Positions 27,360-37,845 of a DNA stretch of 64,000 nt are shown here, piece by piece. The first letter of the stretch is position 1. Every line of letters starts with the position of its first letter. The stretch is from a virus: the IMG/VR virus record IMGVR_UViG_3300045988_080466; one strand, written 5' to 3'. Below the pieces are notes generated by a model. The model saw only the letters and a list, made by a program, of their open reading frames with translations, was not told the origin of the DNA and ran no database searches. Both the position numbers and the translations under genes were made by a program.

Positions 27360-27400
27360 AAAGGCGGCGTCCGTTAGAGGTCGTCGCCTTTATTTGTTTT
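27360..27400 (+). terminator. rho-independent terminator
   Basis: aaaggcggcg (27360-27369) pairs with cgtcgccttt (27382-27391) in a GC-rich 10-bp stem with one G-U pair, followed by atttgtttt. Confidence 0.8.
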
Positions 27401-27406
27401 AGCCCT

Positions 27407-28078
27407 ATGATATACAACAAATTAGCATCAGCAATATATAATGATATAGTATCAGGCTTACGCGGAATGCATGGGACAGCTACTATGTCAATCGAACAAT
27501 TAGAAGATGACATAATAGATGAAAGATTGCAGATAATTAAAGAATATTCACTAAAAGGAATTCTTCCAAAGAACGATTTACTTTTATCATTAAATTGTAT
27601 AGATGTAGATTGTAAATCATTAGAAAGATGTAATTGTGGAACAACTGGAGAAACACCAGTGGCTCACTTTGAAATTCCACAGCTTCTTAATGACTATGGA
27701 GAATTAGCTATTGATTATATAGGTAGCACAGACAGACTACTTCCCTTTATATATTACACTTCTTCATCTGCATGGATGTATCATCAATACAGAAAAAGAG
27801 GAAGAAATAAACCTTATGTTTATATAGATGTTACTCCAAACGAAAATAATATGTATGATTGCTTTATCTTTAATGCTCCACTTATTAAGCAAGTAAGTGT
27901 TGTGGCAATCTTTAAAGACCCAAGACAGTTAGAGAACTTCGGCTGCTGTGATTTAGAAGGAATTGATAACTTTACATTTATTAATACGGAGATTAAGAAA
28001 AGATTAACGGAGAAGAAGTTACGTTATTACAGACAATTGGCTTCTCCAGTATTACCTAATGACCAAACACCTGCATAA
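27407..28078 (+). CDS. structural-module protein (223 aa), function unknown (head-tail joining region by position)
   Basis: ATG start. Its stop overlaps the next ATG (TAATG at 28076-28080). Confidence 0.5.
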   Translation: MIYNKLASAIYNDIVSGLRGMHGTATMSIEQLEDDIIDERLQIIKEYSLKGILPKNDLLLSLNCIDVDCKSLERCNCGTTGETPVAHFEIPQLLNDYGELAIDYIGSTDRLLPFIYYTSSSAWMYHQYRKRGRNKPYVYIDVTPNENNMYDCFIFNAPLIKQVSVVAIFKDPRQLENFGCCDLEGIDNFTFINTEIKKRLTEKKLRYYRQLASPVLPNDQTPA

Positions 28079-28764
28079 TGGTAAATTTTCATCAAGCAAT
28101 GTTCCAAGCTAATTTATTATATGGAGTAGAAATGCTCCCTCAAGACTTTGAGGAATTTGGTTTAATAGCTTGGAACCTAATAGGAAACAAAAATGTAAGA
28201 TTATACAGATATTGTACTAAGATAGAATGTCCGGACTATACAGTGGAACTTCCCTGTAATTGTGACATTATTGAAGCAGTTACTTATGCTTCTGAAGATT
28301 GGAAGTATGTAACTAACTATTCTCCTAATGGAGATTACACTTCTCAATTTGTAGAGAATTACATAGAAGGAAGAAAAATGTATGAAGACCCTTTATATAT
28401 GAGTGGTAAATATGCAAAGTTTGAAAGAGTAGGAGATACTCTTTACTTTGATAAGAACTATGGAACTGTATACATCCTTTATAAAGGAGTTATACTAGAT
28501 GATGAAGGTCTTCCTATGTTATCTGAAAAAGAAAGTTTAGCTATTGCAACATTTGTTGCCTATAGAAAGAAATATAAAGAAGGATTAATGACTAACAATG
28601 CGAATATCCTTCAGACAGCACAATTAATGCTTCAAGATTGGCTTAAGTATTGTGATGCTGCTAGAGTTCCAGAATATCTAAATCAAAATGAGATGAATGA
28701 TATACTGGATGCCAAAACGAACTGGAATAGAAAAAGACATAATTTCTCATATAAACCTGTTTAA
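28078..28764 (+). CDS. structural-module protein (228 aa), function unknown
   Basis: ATG start coupled to the upstream gene, on the coding strand. Confidence 0.5.
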   Translation: MVNFHQAMFQANLLYGVEMLPQDFEEFGLIAWNLIGNKNVRLYRYCTKIECPDYTVELPCNCDIIEAVTYASEDWKYVTNYSPNGDYTSQFVENYIEGRKMYEDPLYMSGKYAKFERVGDTLYFDKNYGTVYILYKGVILDDEGLPMLSEKESLAIATFVAYRKKYKEGLMTNNANILQTAQLMLQDWLKYCDAARVPEYLNQNEMNDILDAKTNWNRKRHNFSYKPV

Positions 28765-28769
28765 CAATT

Positions 28770-29210
28770 ATGAAATATTCGACTGGATGTGCGTTCAATA
28801 TGGACGAAATGTTTATGAATTTTCCATATAACAAATTGGAAATGTCATGTGAAGATTGTAAGAGAATAAATAAAAACCCTCACAGGGATGTATTAGTAAA
28901 GAAAATATTTAGAGAGTGTGTAAAGGAAGTACTTAATGATATTGTGGATAACAATGTTACTTTCGTACTTCCTACACAAGGAAGATTTGCAGAAATGCAT
29001 GTCAAAAGAACATACGGAGAAGACTTTAAAAAGGCTAGGCGACATGGTAAATGGAGAGATGTAGATTTTTTAAAGTCAGGATTCTCTGGAAATGAAATAG
29101 TTCTCAACATAAAGAGTGGAAACTTAGTAAAGTCTAAAACTGTATATGTTGATAAAAATATAAAGAATAAGATTATAGAGAATACTAACGAAGGTAAACA
29201 ATACTGTTAA
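28770..29210 (+). CDS. possible HU/IHF-like DNA-binding protein (146 aa)
   Basis: VKEVLNDIVDNNVTFVLPTQGRFAEMHVKRT loosely resembles the HU/IHF core (helix, then V-x-L-x-G-x-G-x-F-x-V-x-x-R). An IHF-like gene is a known member of crAss-like structural modules. The match is weak. Confidence 0.35.
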   Translation: MKYSTGCAFNMDEMFMNFPYNKLEMSCEDCKRINKNPHRDVLVKKIFRECVKEVLNDIVDNNVTFVLPTQGRFAEMHVKRTYGEDFKKARRHGKWRDVDFLKSGFSGNEIVLNIKSGNLVKSKTVYVDKNIKNKIIENTNEGKQYC

Positions 29211-29213
29211 ATT

Positions 29214-29789
29214 ATGCAACTTAAAGAAATTAAAGATTACTACGAGTCACTTTGTGAGAAGTTTCCAGATGTTTCTGAAAAGGACATTAAAAGAATTTTG
29301 AACTATGGTTGGAAATCACTATATTTGCATAATCTTTACGGTGGAGATACCTTAATTACTGATGATTCGTTGTGGTGCTATATAGGAACACTTAGAAGAG
29401 ATTCTATAAAACACTTTGAATACTACATCAAGAAATTAACTGTAAAATTAAGGGTTCTCTATAAACGTAAGAACATACAATGGGACGGATATTACTATTT
29501 TGCATTGACTGACTCTCAATATGAGGATTTCCTCAAACAGCACAATTCAAGAGGCAGAAAGAAGAAAATATTTAATTATGGGAATCAAGTACTATATCAA
29601 ATATTAGATGAGTGCAAGATAAGAGAGCATAATCGGAAGTATATATTCAGAGTTCCCTTTGTTACCCTTGTAGGGAATGTTACATATAGAGAAAACTTTA
29701 CATCTAAAGATGCGGAGTTAATTATAACAAGAGAACCTTTAAAATTTAAAGATATATTAGTATACAATAATAATTATGAATTTTTGTAA
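29214..29789 (+). CDS. hypothetical protein (191 aa)
   Basis: ATG start on the coding strand. Basic and Tyr-rich with no recognisable motif. Confidence 0.5.
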   Translation: MQLKEIKDYYESLCEKFPDVSEKDIKRILNYGWKSLYLHNLYGGDTLITDDSLWCYIGTLRRDSIKHFEYYIKKLTVKLRVLYKRKNIQWDGYYYFALTDSQYEDFLKQHNSRGRKKKIFNYGNQVLYQILDECKIREHNRKYIFRVPFVTLVGNVTYRENFTSKDAELIITREPLKFKDILVYNNNYEFL

Positions 29790-29791
29790 AC

Positions 29792-32700
29792 ATGAGCAAA
29801 CAGGAAACAGTTAATACATTTGATGGTGGTCTTGTGATGGATTTAAATCCTATGACTACACCCAACAATGTTGTAACTGACTGCCTTAATTCTACTATGA
29901 TTACCTATGACGGAAACGAGTTCATTCTCCAAAACGATATGGGTAACGGAAGGGTAGAGACTGCTAAGTTAGATGCAGGATATATTCCAGTAGGTATTAA
30001 GGAATACGGTGGGATTATATATGTCGCATCTGTAAATCCTCTTACTAATAAATGCCAACTCGGTTCATTTCCATCTCCAGAAAGAAATTTCACTACTGAT
30101 GAAATATCTAAGAGTCCTATTATTCTACAAACATCAGACTTCTTTACTAAAGGTCTGAATACAATGTATGTAAGAAAGGAGTTACTTGACGGAGAGGAGA
30201 ATAAACTAAGACCAGGAGACAAGTTTATTATAGGAAGTACTGGAATTAATGACAGTCTAAACGACATATTATCAGATTATAAAACAAAAGGAAAAAGAAT
30301 ATTAAGACTTCACTTAGCTATATTGGACGATGATAACAATATATCTTATATAGAAGATGAAGTAAATCACGTAGATGGATATTGGATATATCCTCTTAGT
30401 GGTGATGAAGTTGATGATACTGAATTACTTGCTGGACAAAATCCTAAATATCCTTATAATGTATATAAGAATAAAGTATCTGGAAAACTTCTACTGATTG
30501 CAGAGCTTGAAACTCCCAAAACTTTCAATACGTCCGTTGACGTTTATAAAGTTGAGGATGATAAAGTAAGTATGATGGTTCCCATTTCTTGGGATGAGGA
30601 TGAAGAAGAAAAAGCTAAACTTCTTGGAGTTAAAGTAGAATGTGAACACGAGGGAGAAGGAAATTTGACTAGATTCGTGGATTTTGATAAGGATAATTAT
30701 GAATTTAGAATAGAGGATTTAGTTAAAGATGATAAACTCTTTACTTATGCCTTTACTCCATATACTTCATTCGGAACTATTGATTACCTATCTAAGAGAG
30801 GTTCTATGAACCTTAGTTATATTGGAACAGGTAAAATAGATTTAGTGGAATGGAGATATTATGTAGACCAAAATTCTATTTCAATATCTTGGGGACTTGA
30901 AGCATATCCTAGGTATGGGTATCAAATTACAGAAGTTAATATGGACTTCCGTGATGTTACAGACCCAAATACTCCTAACGTTTATAGAACTAGACAGAGA
31001 AGGTCGTATAATGGAAACTTTACAGAATACATTACGTTCGATGAATCTAATGTTTATTTTGAAAACTCCTATATGTCTCTTACAAAAGGAAAGCTATATG
31101 TAGTAAGAATAGAAGCTGTTAGTACGAATAGCTTAGACCCTACTAATAAAATATCAAACATTACATATAGGTTGATGTATACTTCGAGTACATTCAATGA
31201 ATCCTTTATTGCTAATAAAGTCGATGATTTCTCTTCATTGGAAATTAATTGTGATTTAGATATTGATGTTAACCAAAAAATAGGAGAGAAAACATCTAGT
31301 TCTAATACTTTAATGGCAGAACTTGTAAAAAGTTCAGCAGAAGTTACTCCGAAGGATATGATGTCCTTTATATATACTTCATTTGAAGAAGAACAAGAAA
31401 TCGTTGCAGTTCCTATACTTAAAAAGAACAGTGATAAGAATTTCTTCATTGGAGACATTGGAGAATCTGATGTTGCTTTAGAAATTGATGTTAAATCACA
31501 AGGAATTGATATTACTGATTATGAGCCTAAATTAATGGGTTCTACTGGACTTGAAGAATATTACAATTCTATTCTTCCAAATGTTGGAACAGGTTCTGTT
31601 ACTTCAAGCAGTGCAATTACTCGTAGTGAATTGCTTAAGGATGATTCTATGAAATTTGAAGTTACGGGTAGAACTACTGGAAGTACTTGGAAAGGAACAC
31701 TAAGAGGTTCTAACATTAAGAAAATAACCAGTGACTTGAAATATACCAGAGAATCTGGAAGTGTTAGACGTATTGCCCCATATATGGATTTGGAAAACTT
31801 TAGACAATCTGATATTAGTCCTTTATTCGGACATGAAATCAGTACTCCTACTGCTGCATCTCCGCACTTCCACTTCAATAAAATGATTGCAATGATTTCT
31901 GGTAGAAAAAAGAAAAGTAGCTCTCAAAGATATCGTTCTGGAGTAGCTACATATAGTAATGGCTGGTCATTAACTGATGTAACCTCTGGTAAAGACACTC
32001 ACTATGGTGGAGATTTGCCTGATAACAATACAGGATTCACTAATGATTTCTATGCTTGCATGAATAATGGCTATGCTGGAAGACCTATCTTTGCTGTCCT
32101 TAGAGGATGTGGTAGAGATGAAGATGGTAATGGTCGTCTGAAAGTATTGAGTGGTTACAATTCAGGTTGGTCTTATAGTATGGATGGAAATCTTTGGAGA
32201 CAATATCAAGAACCTGACTATGGTGGATGGGATTTAGATTGTAATAGGTGGTCGTTCATTTTGTGGAAGACAACTGATTCTGACAAATATGTAGCTTTAA
32301 ATGCTTGTATGTGTGTAGACAACTGGGACGGAAGAGGAAACACTTTCATGCTTGATAAACTGATGTTATTCTTATCTCAGCTATATGTTGCACAAGATAG
32401 AGAATATTCAACAGAAAAATATATTCCGGATAATGTTTACTATCAGAATAATTTCAAAGCAGCATATAAATACACTATAACAGCAGAACCTACAGAAAAG
32501 GGAAATAAGGTACTTAATATTATTAGCGAAGGAAAAAGAATAGATGCAAAAGCCATCAATGATATAATAGCAGACTTTGAAGATACTCCATCTGAAAAAG
32601 TAATTGTTGCAGAATTACCTTCTTTAAATAACATTAATTACGTTTTGAGCCTAGATAGATTAATTTCTCAAGACTATTCTACATCAGTTACTACTCCAAG

Positions 32701-33157
32701 TGCAGACTCTTTATTAATAAGATATACAACTGCTGGAGAAGGAGGATTCTCAGGACTTGGAGCTGTTGGGCCAAATGGGGACATTTATGAAGCTACTTTA
32801 AATGGAGAGCCGTTCTCCGAAGGTAGAATTTATTGGCTAAACAGAACTGGACAAATTGGATTTTATGGACTGCAAGAGAAGCCATTTACTTTATACAAAG
32901 ATACGTTCTCTGTTGACGGTAGTGGTAATATCACAGTTTCCAGAGTAACCACAGTAGATGTTGCATCAGGAAATTATTCAGCTCTTGGCAATATATTGAC
33001 TCTGCAATCTACCGAAACAGGTAAGCCTAACATATTGGTCAACCGAGCATCTCTAGGTGTAGCAGGAACAACAAGAAGAATTTCTAGTTACAGTGACGAT
33101 GATTGGTTCAATATATATCAAATAAAAATAAGTAGTGATTTAGCTATTTGCGGATGA
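29792..33157 (+). CDS. large tail structural protein (1121 aa), candidate tail barrel/ring protein
   Basis: Assigned from its size and its position after the connector genes. The N-terminus TVNTFDGGLVMDLNPMTTPNNVVTDCLNSTMITYDGNEFILQNDMGNG resembles the N-termini of podovirus tail tube/ring proteins. The call rests on position plus this weak resemblance. Confidence 0.45.
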   Translation: MSKQETVNTFDGGLVMDLNPMTTPNNVVTDCLNSTMITYDGNEFILQNDMGNGRVETAKLDAGYIPVGIKEYGGIIYVASVNPLTNKCQLGSFPSPERNFTTDEISKSPIILQTSDFFTKGLNTMYVRKELLDGEENKLRPGDKFIIGSTGINDSLNDILSDYKTKGKRILRLHLAILDDDNNISYIEDEVNHVDGYWIYPLSGDEVDDTELLAGQNPKYPYNVYKNKVSGKLLLIAELETPKTFNTSVDVYKVEDDKVSMMVPISWDEDEEEKAKLLGVKVECEHEGEGNLTRFVDFDKDNYEFRIEDLVKDDKLFTYAFTPYTSFGTIDYLSKRGSMNLSYIGTGKIDLVEWRYYVDQNSISISWGLEAYPRYGYQITEVNMDFRDVTDPNTPNVYRTRQRRSYNGNFTEYITFDESNVYFENSYMSLTKGKLYVVRIEAVSTNSLDPTNKISNITYRLMYTSSTFNESFIANKVDDFSSLEINCDLDIDVNQKIGEKTSSSNTLMAELVKSSAEVTPKDMMSFIYTSFEEEQEIVAVPILKKNSDKNFFIGDIGESDVALEIDVKSQGIDITDYEPKLMGSTGLEEYYNSILPNVGTGSVTSSSAITRSELLKDDSMKFEVTGRTTGSTWKGTLRGSNIKKITSDLKYTRESGSVRRIAPYMDLENFRQSDISPLFGHEISTPTAASPHFHFNKMIAMISGRKKKSSSQRYRSGVATYSNGWSLTDVTSGKDTHYGGDLPDNNTGFTNDFYACMNNGYAGRPIFAVLRGCGRDEDGNGRLKVLSGYNSGWSYSMDGNLWRQYQEPDYGGWDLDCNRWSFILWKTTDSDKYVALNACMCVDNWDGRGNTFMLDKLMLFLSQLYVAQDREYSTEKYIPDNVYYQNNFKAAYKYTITAEPTEKGNKVLNIISEGKRIDAKAINDIIADFEDTPSEKVIVAELPSLNNINYVLSLDRLISQDYSTSVTTPSADSLLIRYTTAGEGGFSGLGAVGPNGDIYEATLNGEPFSEGRIYWLNRTGQIGFYGLQEKPFTLYKDTFSVDGSGNITVSRVTTVDVASGNYSALGNILTLQSTETGKPNILVNRASLGVAGTTRRISSYSDDDWFNIYQIKISSDLAICG

Positions 33158-36100
33158 AGATAACATATAACAATACAGAGGTAACTGCATCGTCTAAGAC
33201 GTTTGAACTTGCGGACTTTCGTCTAGACTTTCAGTTATCTTTAAAGAAAATCAATACAAAAGGTAGAATAGTATACGAATATAATCCGTTTAGAAATTAT
33301 AGGCTTCCAGATGGAACCCTGAATGATTTCGATACAGAAGAACTTGGATTTGATATTAATAATCCAGTTTCTATACTTACTCAACCTTCGTATGATGGTT
33401 CTGTCAATCTAATATTGAATGACAATAAGAACATACCGAGATTAATTAACTCAAGATTCTCTGTAAGAGAATTGAATACATACGAAATAGTCGATAGGTC
33501 AGGAAGTAATGATACCAATATTTACGACCAAGGGGAACAGTTTAATATTGATACATCGCTTTATAAAAGAACTACAACTATCCCTAAACTAGATTTTGGT
33601 GGAGTATTCCCAGGCGGAGACCTAGATGTTGGAAACTATGTATTTTATTTTAAATTCTCTGATGCAGACGGAAATGAAACAGATTTTGTAGCTGAGTCAG
33701 GAATTGTATCTGTATTTATTGGAACTTCTCCGCAGTCTATTAGAAGTGGATTAAGAAATGAAAATAGCCATAAATACGCTCAGTTTGTTCTTAGAAATAT
33801 CGATTCTGCATATAATTACGTTACTGTTTATTATACGAAAAGTACTTCTGATGCTAATCAATCAGAGGTAACATCTGCCCATAAGATAGACAAAAAGTAC
33901 CTTATTAGAGGTGATGCTTCTGTTATTCTTATTAATGGTAGTGAAAACATTATTGATATTTCATTAGATGATATTAATATGCAGTATAATATTGTGGATA
34001 GAGTTAAAGCTCAAGCTGCTTGTCAGAATATGTTATTCCTAGGTAATGTTAATAAACCTAAGATAGACTACACAGAGCTTGCTGACCTATCTCTAAGATT
34101 CACTCCTTATCTCAACACTTCTAAGAAGATAGAAGATGTAGGAACATCTTATGATACCGCTGCCGGATACTATAATCCAAATAATATATATCACTTCCTT
34201 GGATATTGGAATAATGAAATTTATAGACTTGGTATAGTTTATATCTTAAAGGATAATTCATTATCTCCTGTATTTAACATTAGAGGAAGGGATGAGATTC
34301 CTACATATACACAAGGACTTTATACAGATACTCCATTGTACGATGCTCAAGGTAAGAGAAATTATATATCTATTAATGAATCTGATTACACAATTTCATC
34401 AAATGGATATATTGAAAATGCAATGGGTGTATGTAGATTTATAAATGAAACTGATACTAATACTGATAAGATTGCTTATGGTATTGATATTAGAATTATG
34501 CAGGAATCTAACGAAGTAATGGAAGAATTGAAAAAGCACATCAAAGGTTTCTTCTTTGTAAGACAGAAAAGAATCCCAACTGTACTTTGTCAAGCACTTA
34601 CCATAGGACTGGATAGACAGAGTCATTTACCTACTGTTCCAGTTAATTTGGAGAAGGTAACTAATAGAAGTCTAACATCGGAAGAAAAATCAGAGAATTT
34701 CATTCTTGAAAGGTTCATAAACGACGATAGGACTTTAGATAGTGACTATGTATCTAGGCTTTATAAAATGAAGAAGTCTGGTATATTGCAGAAAGCCGCA
34801 ATTTGCCCGGAGTACGAATTACGTGCCCCATATTTCAATCAACTCTTTACAGGAGAAGATTTCCCAGTAGGAGAAGCTGATTGCCAACCTACAGAAGAAT
34901 ATTTTGACTGTGAATATATAAATAACAGACACTTATATATCCCTGCATACAAGAGTAATATTGGAGAAGCCAAGAACTTATCTCATAAAGTTAACATTAT
35001 AGCTGTTGGAGATGATGTGGAACTTGTATCAAACGGAAATCAGAAATTCTCTTCAAGAGCTGGTTCTGCCGAAGAAGCATATAAATTTGAATATGCTTAT
35101 AAAGAAAACAAAGTAAAGACAGCATCCAATTTAATTAGAGGAGCCTATGGTCCTTATCTTGGAATGGATAACTTTGAGAGAGTTATGAAACTTATCAATA
35201 TCTACATTCCAGAATATGATGTAGGTAAGAATAAAACATATTTCGATGTCAGATACAGTGATAAATCTTCTTATTATGCAATAAGCGATAGAATAGATAT
35301 TGAAGAGTTTAATAATTCTGTGACTTGTTATAGAGGTGACTGTTACATTTGCCAATATACACATAGAATGAATAGAAACTTCCAAGACCCTTCTGCTCCT
35401 ACTAATGATGATATAGTTGACATTAATACTTGGAAAAACAATTATGATGTTAACAATAGTGAAACAAACGCTAAGATAAACAGAGGGGATGTTAATGCTA
35501 TTCAATTAGGACATTGGATTACATTTAAAGTAAGGTCAAGTATTAATCTAAGTATTAGAGATTTAGATTATTCTTATCCTGCCGAAGAAGGACTTGTAGG
35601 ACATCCTAGAGTATTCTATCCTTTATATGCTCAAAACATAGAAGGCTCATATAAGACTCCAGAATCGTTTGTTATAAATGCTGGAATAAGCTCTACAACA
35701 TCTGATAAGTATTATTTTGAACTTCCTAATGTTCCTTATATAAAGAATAATTACGAAACCAGAATATTGTACTCCAACATACATGTAACTGATGCCTTTA
35801 AGAATGGATTCCGTGAATTTAAGTTTACTAACTATCGGGACTATCCAAAAACTTATGGTTCAATTATTAAAATGGTTGAATTATTTGGTAATATCTTATG
35901 TGTGTTTGAGCATGGTGTTGCCTTAATTCCAGTGAACGAAAGAGTCGAAGCAGGTGACGGAGTAGGCGGAAGCGTCTTCATAAACACCTCTAATGTGCTG
36001 CCAGAGAACCCAAGAGTACTGTCGGATACATTCGGTACCCAGTGGCCCGAAAGTGTCATCAAGACCCCATATTTCGTTTATGGAGTGGACACAGTAGGAA

Positions 36101-37845
36101 GGAAGGTTTGGAGAACTAACGGACAAGAGTTTGAGATAATCTCGGATTTCAAAATACAAGAGTTTCTAAATAATAATATTACTCTTACTGAAAGAGAATT
36201 GACCCCAATAATTGGAATCAGAAATGTGAAAACTCATTACAATAGATTCAAACAGGACGTAATGTTCACATTCTACGATAACCTTTATGGATTCGAAGAG
36301 AAAGTTTGGAACATTTGCTACAATGAAATCTTACAGAAGTGGATGACATTCTATTCATGGGTCCCTTCATATTCTGAAAACATAGATAATATGTATTTCA
36401 GTTTTGATAGAAATACTTCTAAACAGGCAGCTAAAATGTGGGCATCTACTCATGGAGAATATATTTATACTGACACATTCTTGATAGAGGATGATGGCCC
36501 AGTAAATCTATTCTTTAGAGAAGATAAGAAGCCTTCTACATTTGAACTTACTGTTAAGTTTAGTATTGAAAGGGACAATTTAGGAAACTATAAACGTTTC
36601 GTCTTAGACGGAGATACTATTAAGTATAATACTACTGAATACGGAAAACCAGACGGAATTTACTTACTAAACGTAAGAGCTAATCTGGAATATCCAACAG
36701 GTGGTTCTCCTGCAATACAAGAATATATAGATTCTTATAAAAACTATGCAACGGTAAATGCAGGATATTATGACTTAGTAATTGCTTTATGTACTAAAGA
36801 GTATAGAGATAATCTTACTACTTCATTCTGGAAGCATGGAACAGCAGGAATTATTGATATTGCTGATACTCTTAAACCATGTATGTGGTATGGTAAACAA
36901 CATCCATTTGAGTTTGAAGTTGTAGTACTTGATAATCCTTCAGTTCATAAGATATTTGAAAACTTAGTAGTCCTATCTAACAATGTTGCTCCAGAATCAT
37001 TCCATTATGAAATAACTGGAGACGTTTATGATTTTGCTGACGATAGGAGAAATATGTATTTCAGACAAGAAGCTACTAAGAACTTATATCAGTATAATGG
37101 CTCAGATATTCTATTTAATAAGAACTACTTAAAGGTAAAACCAAAACAAAGAGACATATTAGGTTCTACATCTCCTTATAAAGACAGGTCTACAATGTTT
37201 CCTTTGTATTACACAAGAGTAGATACTGTTAATGAAATAGAAGATTATTACCAAGCAGCCACAGCTCCTAATAAAGACTATCAAAGTCTATCAGGTTCTG
37301 AAATTATCTATAATGAGAAACTAGACTCGTTTAAAATCCTTACTCATGTTAAAGGATGCCCATTTAAGGGATTCTATAAACAAAGATGTAAAGATACAGA
37401 CCCAGGAGCTATAATCGATGACTCAGTTCCATATCCATATGTGTGGGCTCAATATGGAAGACTTAGAGGTAACATGGATTTCATAGAAGATAACTGGTAT
37501 GTACAAATTCCTTCAATTAACTTCTACCAGAGGAACGAACTTCAATGGAAGGTTGGAAAGGAAGGAGCTTGGTATCCTCCTCTTAACCTAGTGAACAATC
37601 CTCTTCCGAGTGATATGTCAGTACTAGAGATTAAAGGTAAGAGTGATATTCCAGAGGACTTAGTTAGACTTGGATATGATGTAAATGCAGACTCGTTTGA
37701 TACAACTAAATGGGAAACTATTACTAATCGCAGGAAAGAGTCTAAGATAAAGGATAAGGTTATGAAGGTAAAAATCAGATATACTGGTAACGAGCTAGTT
37801 TACATAACTGCATTAAAAACAATATATAATATAAGTTACGCATGA
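33154..37845 (+). CDS. large tail structural protein (1563 aa from ATG 33154)
   Basis: The ORF track starts at TTG 33148. ATG 33154 forms an ATGA overlap with the upstream stop (TGA 33155-33157), as at other junctions in this operon. The function is inferred from size and position only. Confidence 0.45.
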   Translation: MKITYNNTEVTASSKTFELADFRLDFQLSLKKINTKGRIVYEYNPFRNYRLPDGTLNDFDTEELGFDINNPVSILTQPSYDGSVNLILNDNKNIPRLINSRFSVRELNTYEIVDRSGSNDTNIYDQGEQFNIDTSLYKRTTTIPKLDFGGVFPGGDLDVGNYVFYFKFSDADGNETDFVAESGIVSVFIGTSPQSIRSGLRNENSHKYAQFVLRNIDSAYNYVTVYYTKSTSDANQSEVTSAHKIDKKYLIRGDASVILINGSENIIDISLDDINMQYNIVDRVKAQAACQNMLFLGNVNKPKIDYTELADLSLRFTPYLNTSKKIEDVGTSYDTAAGYYNPNNIYHFLGYWNNEIYRLGIVYILKDNSLSPVFNIRGRDEIPTYTQGLYTDTPLYDAQGKRNYISINESDYTISSNGYIENAMGVCRFINETDTNTDKIAYGIDIRIMQESNEVMEELKKHIKGFFFVRQKRIPTVLCQALTIGLDRQSHLPTVPVNLEKVTNRSLTSEEKSENFILERFINDDRTLDSDYVSRLYKMKKSGILQKAAICPEYELRAPYFNQLFTGEDFPVGEADCQPTEEYFDCEYINNRHLYIPAYKSNIGEAKNLSHKVNIIAVGDDVELVSNGNQKFSSRAGSAEEAYKFEYAYKENKVKTASNLIRGAYGPYLGMDNFERVMKLINIYIPEYDVGKNKTYFDVRYSDKSSYYAISDRIDIEEFNNSVTCYRGDCYICQYTHRMNRNFQDPSAPTNDDIVDINTWKNNYDVNNSETNAKINRGDVNAIQLGHWITFKVRSSINLSIRDLDYSYPAEEGLVGHPRVFYPLYAQNIEGSYKTPESFVINAGISSTTSDKYYFELPNVPYIKNNYETRILYSNIHVTDAFKNGFREFKFTNYRDYPKTYGSIIKMVELFGNILCVFEHGVALIPVNERVEAGDGVGGSVFINTSNVLPENPRVLSDTFGTQWPESVIKTPYFVYGVDTVGRKVWRTNGQEFEIISDFKIQEFLNNNITLTERELTPIIGIRNVKTHYNRFKQDVMFTFYDNLYGFEEKVWNICYNEILQKWMTFYSWVPSYSENIDNMYFSFDRNTSKQAAKMWASTHGEYIYTDTFLIEDDGPVNLFFREDKKPSTFELTVKFSIERDNLGNYKRFVLDGDTIKYNTTEYGKPDGIYLLNVRANLEYPTGGSPAIQEYIDSYKNYATVNAGYYDLVIALCTKEYRDNLTTSFWKHGTAGIIDIADTLKPCMWYGKQHPFEFEVVVLDNPSVHKIFENLVVLSNNVAPESFHYEITGDVYDFADDRRNMYFRQEATKNLYQYNGSDILFNKNYLKVKPKQRDILGSTSPYKDRSTMFPLYYTRVDTVNEIEDYYQAATAPNKDYQSLSGSEIIYNEKLDSFKILTHVKGCPFKGFYKQRCKDTDPGAIIDDSVPYPYVWAQYGRLRGNMDFIEDNWYVQIPSINFYQRNELQWKVGKEGAWYPPLNLVNNPLPSDMSVLEIKGKSDIPEDLVRLGYDVNADSFDTTKWETITNRRKESKIKDKVMKVKIRYTGNELVYITALKTIYNISYA

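Noticed and set aside
33148-33153. TTG start at 33148 for the 1565-aa ORF.
   Set aside because: ATG 33154 lies two codons downstream and forms the ATGA start/stop overlap used repeatedly in this operon.
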